A stretch of 64,000 nt of DNA from a virus. The DNA lies in the IMG/VR virus record IMGVR_UViG_3300046777_002658, positions 96,001 to 160,000 of that record. The stretch is one strand, 5' to 3'. The notes under the pieces are model-generated. The model was not told the DNA's origin and made no database searches. It was given only the letters and a program-made list of their open reading frames with translations. Every line of letters begins with the position of its first letter. The first letter of the stretch is position 1. Shown one piece after another: positions 18,473 to 28,500 of the stretch. The position numbers and the translations under genes are program-made.

Positions 18473-19165
18473 GTGACACAAACAAACGGGCATATTATAT
18501 GGGAGGGAGCCTCATTAATTAATGGGGCTCCTATTTTATTGCTTCTGACAGGCACAACCCGTCCGTCAAGCAATGTAAAGACAGGGTGGATGCTCCAGAC
18601 TTGGATAATGCCTAAGAACCATCATCCACTAGAAGCTATTCATAGCAACCAAGATACATCTGTCTGTGGTAGTTGTCCTCTAAAAGGAGATAAAGGCACA
18701 GGAAGAATTTGTTATGTAAATAGCATGACTCTAGGGCAGATTTACAAGGCTTACAAAGCTGGTAATTATCCAGTCTTAAAGACAAGCCACAGACTAAGTG
18801 GTAGAGACTTGAGAATGGGTTCTTATGGGGAACCCACCGCTGTTCCTTTCAATGTATGGGAACCTTTAATAAAACTAGCCAGAGTACATACTGGCTACAC
18901 TCATAGATGGAAAGAATGTGATCAGCAATGGAAAAGCCTTTTAATGGCTTCTGTTGAGAGTGTAGCCCTAAAGCAACAAGCAAACTCTTTAGGCTGGAAG
19001 ACCTTTAGAGTTAAAAAACCGAGCGAACCTGTTCTACCCGATGAAAGATACTGCCCAGCAGCAGAGTCAGCCTATGAGGTTACCTGCCAAAAGTGTGGTA
19101 AGTGTAATGCTCGTAGCGGAAACATTGTGGTAGACATTCATGGAAATGGGTCAAGGTACTTTTAG
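18473..19165 (+). CDS. Cys-rich hypothetical phage protein
   Basis: N.KTG.M+QTWI, CGSCPL...CYV, and CP......V.C..CG.C clusters; possible Fe-S or Zn binding. Confidence 0.7.
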   Translation: MTQTNGHIIWEGASLINGAPILLLLTGTTRPSSNVKTGWMLQTWIMPKNHHPLEAIHSNQDTSVCGSCPLKGDKGTGRICYVNSMTLGQIYKAYKAGNYPVLKTSHRLSGRDLRMGSYGEPTAVPFNVWEPLIKLARVHTGYTHRWKECDQQWKSLLMASVESVALKQQANSLGWKTFRVKKPSEPVLPDERYCPAAESAYEVTCQKCGKCNARSGNIVVDIHGNGSRYF

Positions 19166-19246
19166 ACGAACAGTTCGTTGATTTTGCTTCTGCTGTAGTA
19201 GTTTTGTAGCTATGTTGAGAAGGTAGAGCAAAATAAATATAAAACA

Positions 19247-19561
19247 ATGACAGAAAGCCAAAATAAGACAAAAACAGTTACCACAAAGGAACTGACTACC
19301 TTAATACATACCACAGGTTTAGAAAAGTCAGTGGTAGAAAAAGTAATCAAAGAAGTAGTAAAAGCTGTAACTGACTGTGTAACCAGTGGTCAATCTGTTC
19401 GTATAAAAGGTCTAGGAACTTTTAGTGCCAGATTAAGTAAGGAAAGAGTAGCTAGAAACCCTAAAGATCAAGCTGCTGTAGTTAAAGTTTCAAGCCGTTA
19501 TAGAGGTAAGTTTAAACCTGCTGCAGCTTTTAATAGAGCAACAAAAGACATGAAAGTTTAG
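19247..19561 (+). CDS. HU/IHF-like DNA-binding protein
   Basis: V.IKGLGTFS...SKERVARNPK......KFKPA. Confidence 0.9.
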   Translation: MTESQNKTKTVTTKELTTLIHTTGLEKSVVEKVIKEVVKAVTDCVTSGQSVRIKGLGTFSARLSKERVARNPKDQAAVVKVSSRYRGKFKPAAAFNRATKDMKV

Positions 19562-19674
19562 AAAGGTTGTGCCAGAGCTATAAGTGTAACAAGCTCTGGT
19601 TAAGATATCTTTTTTAGATGTAGGTAATTTCTAATATTTACGTTAGTATAAAAAAAATAAGTTTCTTTATACCA

Positions 19675-19941
19675 ATGGTTAACCAGACTACTACAGCAAA
19701 CACTCAACTACCAGCTACTATTAAAGACTATAGTAACTATAAAAAAGCTACAAGTTATTTAAGTGACATAATACCAGAAACTAAAAGATGGGTAGAAGAG
19801 GGTGTTATCAACCTGCAGCCAGATGAGTTAGAGGTTTACCTAAAGTTTGTTGTAACTCCTAGCTTGGGTAGAGGAAAGACCAATTTAGGCACTCTTAAAG
19901 ATCTGCTAGATATGTCTTTGTGCAATACAAAAATATCATAG
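19675..19941 (+). CDS. Hypothetical protein
   Basis: 88-aa ORF after an AT-rich spacer. Confidence 0.55.
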   Translation: MVNQTTTANTQLPATIKDYSNYKKATSYLSDIIPETKRWVEEGVINLQPDELEVYLKFVVTPSLGRGKTNLGTLKDLLDMSLCNTKIS

Positions 19942-20104
19942 TAAATCACAAGTTAAAGTGTTTTAGCCTGGACTACAAGGGGTGAGGTGTATTATATACA
20001 TCCCACCCCTATGTCTTTTGGAATAGATTATTCCTGCTTGTTTAAACTACCAAAAAAAGTTATTATAAAAAACAAATAACAAAAACAAGAATAAGTAACT
20101 ACTT

Positions 20105-21451
20105 ATGTCTAGAACTACAACCACTCAAAAGACTAATAGTAACAATGTCTATAGTAGTCTAAAAAAAGATACAACAAGCGAACTAAAGCTAATAGCGTTT
20201 GAGCTACAAGAATTAATCACAGAATGGAAGAGGCAGAGCCATAAAACTGCTGTAGAAGCCGGCTGCAGATTACTGGAAGCAAAAAAAATATTTGTAAGAG
20301 ATAAGAAAAGTGGTAAGTTCTGGCAAAGGTGGGTGGAAGAAGAGCTAGGAGCAGAAATCAGCCATGATACAGCTACAAATCTTATTAACCTGTATACCTT
20401 AGTCAGAGACCACGGAGAGCAGCACAGCGAGGGTATAGCCAAACTTAGCCTGAGTGCTTTGTATTTTACTTCTAGAGCCAGTGTTGAACCAGAAATCAAA
20501 GAAGAGATCCTTAAAATAGCTGCTGAGTCAGAAGAAGCTCCTAGCAGAGATGAAGTCGCTAGTTTAATAAAAGTTTACAGAAAGGTTAAGTTAGCTCAAG
20601 CAGGAGTAAACCCTGAAGTAATAGATGTTTTAGCAAGTAGTAGTGTTATCGAAGATCCTAAAGAGTTAAAAGCTTTAGCAAAGCTTAGTCAGAAGAAGCA
20701 GGCTGAAGTTGCTAATATGCTTGAATCAGACAACCAGACTGGCTATAGCACTGTCAAACAAGCTATAGCAGAAATAAAAGAAAAAAAAGAAAGAGTTCAA
20801 GAGCAGGAGAATACTTCAATACAAACTCTTTTACTAGAGGGTATGGAGCTGAAGAGCTATACAGGTCTAGCATCAAAAAGTTTTGACTTAGTAGATGCAG
20901 AATCTATTAATATAGCACTTATAGAAGCTCCTATGAAGTTTAGTTTTACTCATGATAAAACTGAAGGATTTGCTTTGATGTGCCGGCAGCTTGAACATTG
21001 CCTAAAACCTGGTGGGTTTGGATTTGTTACAGTAGGTCACAAAGCTGCTATGTTTATAGGAACTTTAATAGAAGAGGCTGGTCTTGTTCCTCTGCATCTT
21101 TTAGTATTAAGAAGACAGTCTGGTAGGTCAAGAAGCATTGTTGGCATAAACATTACTAGCGCCTCAGTCATCATGGCTTTAGCGTACAAACCTCCGTTTT
21201 ACGCTCCTAAAAAGATGATTGTTGACCTACAGACTATTAGTGATGGTGAGAAAGTAACAGAGGGTATGGATGTAATAGAAAATGGTATTGAAGACTGCTT
21301 AAAAAGATTTTTAACTCCTGTAATAGAAGCTAACAGCTCTGTGTTACATTGTGTATACGGTTCTTCAGAGGAACACTTTGGCATATCAGAAGATTTAAAA
21401 ACTATATCTAGAGACTGTGGAGCAGCAAAGTTTGTGCAGCTAGGGCTGTGA
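20105..21451 (+). CDS. DUF3102-like N-terminal domain protein with possible MTase-like C-terminus
   Basis: AVEAGCRLLEAK....FW.RWVEEEL...+S..TA..+I.LY...LS+SALY; C-terminal LKPGGF segment. Confidence 0.55.
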   Translation: MSRTTTTQKTNSNNVYSSLKKDTTSELKLIAFELQELITEWKRQSHKTAVEAGCRLLEAKKIFVRDKKSGKFWQRWVEEELGAEISHDTATNLINLYTLVRDHGEQHSEGIAKLSLSALYFTSRASVEPEIKEEILKIAAESEEAPSRDEVASLIKVYRKVKLAQAGVNPEVIDVLASSSVIEDPKELKALAKLSQKKQAEVANMLESDNQTGYSTVKQAIAEIKEKKERVQEQENTSIQTLLLEGMELKSYTGLASKSFDLVDAESINIALIEAPMKFSFTHDKTEGFALMCRQLEHCLKPGGFGFVTVGHKAAMFIGTLIEEAGLVPLHLLVLRRQSGRSRSIVGINITSASVIMALAYKPPFYAPKKMIVDLQTISDGEKVTEGMDVIENGIEDCLKRFLTPVIEANSSVLHCVYGSSEEHFGISEDLKTISRDCGAAKFVQLGL

Positions 21452-21509
21452 GTTGTTTATCTGTTGGTTGGCATACTATAATAGTGCTAACAAACAGCAT
21501 TTGAGCACT

Positions 21510-22535
21510 ATGGGCAGACCAAAGAAAATAACAACTAACACCCTTTATAGTTTGCATACAGAAAGAACCAAAACACCCAGAGAACTGGACTGTCTAGGTT
21601 CTTTTTTAAATTTGATAGGTAGACATAGGCTACTCACAGAACAAGAAACTAATGACTATAGCCTATCAGTAAGAAAAGCTATGACTATTGTAGAAGCTAA
21701 TCCAGCTCTAAAATTAAACTTGACTATGAAGTCTTTTACTGAAGAGCAAGCTAAGGCAGTAGGAATGTCTCAAAAAGAACTAAATATAATATTTAATAGA
21801 GCCGCTCACGCTAAAAATAAACTTATAGTTTCAAACCTAAGACTTGTTGTTATTCTTGCTAAAGGATACGCCAGAAGGCAGGAAGAATCACTTGTAGACC
21901 TAATTCAGGAAGGATCAGTTGGACTAAACAGAGCTGCTGAAAAGTTTGATTCCACAAAAGGGTTCAAGTTTAGCACGTATGCTTCTTGTTGGATAAGACA
22001 ATCTATTTCTAGGTCTATAACACAGCACAGTAGAGCTATCCGTCTTCCAGCAATGGTGTACGAAGAGGTTAATAAGCTAAAAAGAACTGTAAAAGCTTTT
22101 ACAGCAGATAAGGGCTATAACCCAACAATTGCTGAACTAGCAACTCTTTTAGGAAAAAGCGAAGAGAGAGTACAGCAGTTGCATAACTGGTGTAGAAGAG
22201 TGTGCTCCTCAGACATTACTGTAAAGCAAGGCAACAGTGATACTACTTTGGAAGAGCTGATGCCATCTCCAGATAATACTGATTTAATACTACAGGAAAT
22301 AGGCTATCCTACTGTTTTGGAAATGATGATGTCTGACACGCCTGATCGTGAAAGAAAACTACTGAACTGGAAGTATGGTCTAGATGGTGAAGAACCCCTA
22401 TCTGCTTTCGAGATAGGGGCTCTTATTGGTGTTTCCCCGGAAAGGGTGAGACAGATATGCAACCAGGAGCTAAGGAGGCTAAAAGAAAAAGCTGATAGAC
22501 AAGGTTTAAGGGGTGACGAGGTTTTTTGTATATAG
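21510..22535 (+). CDS. RNA polymerase sigma-70 family factor (RpoD/SigA-like)
   Basis: Region 2 NLRLVV.+AK.Y...DLIQEGS.GL.RAAEKFD..KGFKFSTYA..WIRQ.I.R; region 4 GVS.ERVRQI. Confidence 0.93.
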   Translation: MGRPKKITTNTLYSLHTERTKTPRELDCLGSFLNLIGRHRLLTEQETNDYSLSVRKAMTIVEANPALKLNLTMKSFTEEQAKAVGMSQKELNIIFNRAAHAKNKLIVSNLRLVVILAKGYARRQEESLVDLIQEGSVGLNRAAEKFDSTKGFKFSTYASCWIRQSISRSITQHSRAIRLPAMVYEEVNKLKRTVKAFTADKGYNPTIAELATLLGKSEERVQQLHNWCRRVCSSDITVKQGNSDTTLEELMPSPDNTDLILQEIGYPTVLEMMMSDTPDRERKLLNWKYGLDGEEPLSAFEIGALIGVSPERVRQICNQELRRLKEKADRQGLRGDEVFCI

Positions 22536-22597
22536 GAAGTAGATAGTAAGCTAGACCACGCACTTTGTGCTAAGTTAATAGCAGTTTTAACTAACTA

Positions 22598-25500
22598 TTA
22601 CAAAGATGCAGTATCTAAAAAAGCCATAGCCTCATCAGTCCAACCACCGCTCCAAGCATGGCTAGTACCCGCTAGGGAGTATGTGTGTTGAATCCCTAGA
22701 TTTGTTAAGTGAGTAGTAAAGTTTTGCATATCAGTAGGGAATTTAATAGCAGGGAAACCACCAGTTCCACGACTAATCCAAATCCTATTTGTAGAAGTAA
22801 AATTAGCAGCGTTATTAGTCGCTAAAGTTGGCGGGTAATAAGTATCTAAATTTGCTTGAGTGCCAAATATAAAAGTACCTGCGCCGAAAAAGTTAGCATG
22901 ATTTATTGTATTTGAGTACAAAGGGGCATCAAAGCAAGCAGCAGCACTGTATAAAGATTGGTTTCTAAATATCTTAGTTAGCGCACCCCACCCAGACTTA
23001 GAATATCCAATTAATACCCGCTTGTCACCAGGTGTACCAAAGTTATTTTCTACCCAAGGTATTAACTCTTCATCATAAAAAGACTCCCATCGTTGATGTG
23101 CATACGTAGGATGGTCTGCATACCAGCATTCATCAGGGAAGTCTACCTCAATGAATGTCATGTTGTAATCATTGTGGTAGGATTCTGTTACTGTGCAGTG
23201 TTCAATCCCAACACCAAAGCTAGTTTGCGCAGGTATTGTTGTGGCTTCCAGTAAATAACAATATCTAGGTGGCTTACCTGCTGCGGGTGAAGTGGGAGGC
23301 TTAACTCTAATCCTTACAAATCCTGCTTTTCTACTAATCACATTGTGGTTAATAATTCCATTAGCATCAGTGCTAGTGCTAATAATCCTGAATTGATTGG
23401 CTGATAGACCTAATGTATGTGCATCAATTTCAAATTGCAACATCCCCCTCAAAAGATTATCTATTTCAGTTTGAGTTGGGTATCCTTTAAGAATAATTAC
23501 TGATGGGATATAAGACGGACAAGCAACAAAAATAGGATTGTTAGCTGAGTAACCTGAAATTAACTTACCCATTCGTAACTCATGGGGATTAATGGGGGTT
23601 TCCTGTTGGGTGTAAGTATCTCCTGCATTTCTAGTCCTCAAGTTCTGGTTAAAACTTGTACCATTCCGCATTCCTAAAGCAGTCGCACCTTGCCAGTATG
23701 CAGAACTAAATTGAGCTAGTTCGTCACCTCCAAGATTATGATCCCAAATCAACCCCTGGGTATCCCTAAAAGTTGCACCTCTCCACCCAAGAATACTCAG
23801 TCCGTTGGAACTGTTGTAGCCTTTTAAAGATGTTGGGTTGTCTTGGAATGCTAATACTCTGTTACCTTGTCCCGCTCCAGCTTGCCCCGTAGCAGCCCAT
23901 AAATCACTAGTGGCATTAAATCCTGTAATGATTGCAGTAATGCCATCACCGCTTGCTCCATGAGTAAAATTTAAACCTTGTGTAGAGATTATTACACTAT
24001 CATTTTGTGCAGGTACTCCACTGAAGAAAGTATCCCAAGTATAGTTAGCTTCTAAAGTAGCTTTAGCATTAACAGGAGCAATAGTTGGTATACCTCCTGA
24101 TATACCTACTTCCATTACCGCACTACTACCACTGCCAACATTTACTGCACTAGATAAACTAACACTCAACACAATTTTATTAAAAACATTTACAGGGGTT
24201 AATCCATTAGCTATAGACCAATCTGTAGCTTCTCCGTTTAAGAACTTAACTTTGTTTTTAATAAGATTCGCAGAATTAACAGATAATAAACTTTGACCAA
24301 GAGCAGTTCTCTCACTATTTATCTCACTAATTATAGGTCCCCAAATAGCAGAGAAACTTTCACGGAACTGAGTGTCCCATATTTTTAGTTCATACTCAAT
24401 AAATGAACCATCGCAGTCTCCTATTAATTTAGACTTCTTGTAGGCCTCTGTAGATACAGGTGTAGACTCTTCAGCAGCTTTAAAAACAGAAGGGTTTAAA
24501 CTAACAGAATAGGGCACACTGCCTTGAATAATGTTAATAATATATTTTCCTGACTGTAAATTAGTAAAAGTTAAACTTGTAACATTTCCAGTTACAGTCA
24601 GATCATAAATATTAGATAAGCGACCGTCAATAATTACATCCCCACTAATGTCTTGAACTTCTCTAAGAGAACCCTGAAACCCTTCAAACTGCTGGCTAGT
24701 ATTAGTTTTAGCCATGTCAGTTAAGCTACTATCTACATAGGCTTTAACAGCCAGCGGGGTTGCTGCTTCTGTTTCTGAAGTTGAAGTAATAGAAGAGTTT
24801 AGTTGTACTATTCCTGTTTGGCTAGTAGTAGCTGTTCTGATGTCAGCTAATACACGACCAGTTATTCTACCATAAGTATCTTTAGATACTGACTGAACAA
24901 AGTTAATTCCTGCTTCTCCATTTGTGTCTGTTTGAGAAACAGTAGCTAGGTCTATAGCATTAGTAGTAGAATTAACAGCTATTCTGTTAGTTGTACCAAC
25001 TATTGTTAGTTGGGTCTGGGGTACTTTACCGTTGCTATCTAAAGTAGCAACACCATTGTTAGCGCCTTTTTCTGTAGAGGCGATCGCACCGCCAGTCAAG
25101 TTGATGACACCAAAGTTGGTTAAGGTAACGCCATCCTGATAGAACAGGGTATTGGGAGCATTTAGAGGAACAGTCCAGATAAATTTAGTGGAATCGTTAG
25201 TTACCTGAGTACCATTTGTTCCTATCAATCCTGTGCTGTATAGGTTGCCGCTAACAGTCCCAGATGTGGTTGTGATGTTGAAACCATGTCCAGTAACGTT
25301 CAGATTAAACTTATAGGTTTGACCCTTAGTGAGAGTCAATACAGGATTAGAACCCAAGCTAACGTCATTGACTGCAATGCTGTAGGTAGACCCGCTAAAA
25401 CTAACTGCAATAGTGGGGACAGTAGCAACCACGTCATTCAAAGGAAGAGATCGCACTACACCAGTCGTTCCGCTGTTGTTCCCTAAGACTGAGTTACCAG

Positions 25501-28500
25501 GAACGTGAGCAATCTCATTGAGGTCTACAGCTTCATTTTTAATCGAGACAACCCCATTGGAAATATCAAAGTCTGTGTAGTCAAACTTAGCAACGCCTAA
25601 GGTACTAGCACCGCTGGTTTGTCCTTGGCTATAACCTACGGTGTTGACAGTGACCGTGATATCCCCAACCTTAGAGTTTGTAGGATAAGTTCCAGGGGTG
25701 ATCGCATCAGTACCAATCACAACGGACTCATTCCCACTCAGGAGCGATCGAACTACAGGTTTGTAGGAGCTATCCCCTGCCAAGAATGTACTGGCGTTGG
25801 CTGTACCGGAGCCTAAATTAGTTACTGGGATTACCCCAGCGATGCTACTGGCTGAAGTCACTCCAGAAGGTAGGATTGCCCAATTGTCATCAACACTTGC
25901 ACCACCATTAGCTATAGTTTTTAGGACATAAACAACACCAGTATCAGCTTGAGCCGCATAGTCTCCCTGATTAACATTGGTTAAAGCTAATCTCTCAGCT
26001 TGGTTGGCAACATTAAAGATATTGAAGGGAGAACGCGGTGGGAGTTGGGTTTCACTAATAAAGCCCTGTTGAGTTAGCTCTACTAACTGACCAGCAAAGC
26101 TAGACCCGCCGCCGCTGGTTCCTGATGTCTTATCAAATAGATTGCCCAGCTTGTTTTTAACAAAGTCTCTAATTGCTCGCTGGGTGGGGATGCGGGTATT
26201 AGCTGCGCCGGTATCTCCACTCAAGTCTGTATCAATGGAAAATTCTCGAATGGGAACACCAGGAGAGTTTTTAAGCTGAATCTCATCAATAACACCCAGT
26301 GAAACTGTGCCAGTGAATGTGACTTTACCGGATTTCAAATCAACGTTAAAGAAAGGTCCAACAGTGAAGTTACCATCCTGGTCTGTAGCAGAGCAATAGA
26401 CCCTGCCTGAGTTGACTTCTACAGTTTGGGTTTGAGGATCTGTAACGCCACCATTTTCAGGTAGAGCTGTGTAGTTTATACCTGAGCCAATAAACTCAAA
26501 GGTATGGGAGGACGAGTTAATGGTACTGGGTCGTCTTAGCTCTATTGCAGTGTTCCCGGGTAATGCACCTTCCCAGAGTACCTGTAAGGTGACGACTGTA
26601 ATACCACTATTGTTAAATGGTGTTGCTTCCTCAACAATATATTCTAATTCGTCAGTACGAGTGTAAAAATTGCTAGTACCAAGGATTCTAACCTTGACGA
26701 CGTAATTAGGAAGGGGTATAGAGGTGAAGCCAGAAATACTCAACCTAGTAACTTGTCTGCCTTGGGTAATCGTTACAGTCCCTGTTTGCCCACCAGCAGC
26801 AATACCACTACCAAAGGGGATATCAACTATATAAGAGATTGTGCGGTCGCTTGCCTGGACGTTAGTAATAATCAACCCCGTGCCGTTGGCTGCTGCTACG
26901 CTATGTCCCGCGACTGTGATAGTTTGCCCAACTACAAATTGACCTATTTTGTCAGCTTCCAAAGTTAGAGTAACTCTGGTTTGGTTGTTGCCCGCGTTAG
27001 CAAAAGTAGACTCAAAAATGTTTGAGGGTGTATTATTAAAGCCTAAGTTTACGTTCTCAGCGCCAACTAATGTCCCTTCGTAAAAAGGGAAGGAAGTGTC
27101 GCTAAAACCCACTGCCTTGAGAGCATAATTACCAAAGTTTGTGGCGCTGTTAGTGACAGAGGTATAAGCGCCAGACTCACACAAGATGCCAATATCCTCA
27201 AAGACCTGGAATACAGATACTAGTTGGGAGTAACCATTGCGCTTGTGGTGGAAGCCTACAGACCCTGAAACGATTTGGGTAAAGGCATCCATTACCATAG
27301 AAGCAATAGGAGACGTATTTGCTAATACGCCACCATCAACCAATATCCCACCAGCTAGAGTCTTAGTATCATCCAGTTCTCCACTGCCATCTGATTTTAA
27401 GACTGTGCGACCAAGAACTGAAATATTAGAACAGTTTTGGATGTACGGGGACAAAAAGATATTTACCCCATCTTTAAATGCGGCTGCATATCTAAAAGCT
27501 TTGGCGTTCTGAGTGCATTTAGATCCGCTAATATGCCGAGTAGCTGTTGTGTTGAATACCCCTCTACTGCCAATTACCAAATCATTGCCATTCAAAGAAG
27601 CAATCTGCATCCACTCTTGGTTTACCAGTAATAGTGTTCCAGTGTTAGCTTTGGGTGGAGGATTACCAGCAGCGATCGCACTAATAAGGTCAACTAGGGT
27701 AGCGGCTGCTGATTGGACATTGGCGCAGTCACCAGTATCGTAGTTAACACCACCTGGATTCAGGGAATTGAAATCCGTGCCAGAGGTTTGGTTGGCTTCA
27801 CTATTAGGCAAATCCCCCCGAATTGCACTGAGAATCAGGTCTTTAGTTTGGGTGATTTTGGTGGGGTTATTGACTGCGATCGCCTCGATGGAGTTAATGT
27901 TCCCCATGATTCTCAAGTCTGCAATTACCGCGTCAATGATGGGTAAAGCGTTGTAATCAATAACCTGTGCATCAATGTACAATCGGTTTGCTCTAACTAA
28001 GTTAGCAGCATCTTTAAACCTACCAGGAGTGTCTTTGATGGTATGTCCAGGGAAGAGTCTGAGGGTGGTAGCTGTAGCTGACATTTCTCTAGGATTGACC
28101 TGGTTGGAAGAGTCCAGGATACCAAACCCACCCCGGTAATTGTCCTCAAATACCATGTAATTTAGATAAGTACCTGAATCAATCTTGAATAGGTCTTGTC
28201 CGTGATTCAAAGGGCAAATGGTAGTAGTCCGTAGGTTGTCCCCAATGACTGCTGTCTTTGGTTGAGGAATGATTAAGGGGTTGTCTTCGTAGAATCTCCC
28301 AGAGCTTACCCTAACTGTACATTCCTTTTCTGGAAACTTAGCTACTTCAGCTAAAGCCCTTTTGATACTAGCAAATGCAGTTCTCCAGCTTTGCCCTGGT
28401 AGTTCCTTCTCAATCAATCCTACCTTGCGTTTAGGAGCATCAGCCCAGTCTAAGCCATTTTCTAGATACCCAATAATAATATTAAATATGCTGTAAGCTG

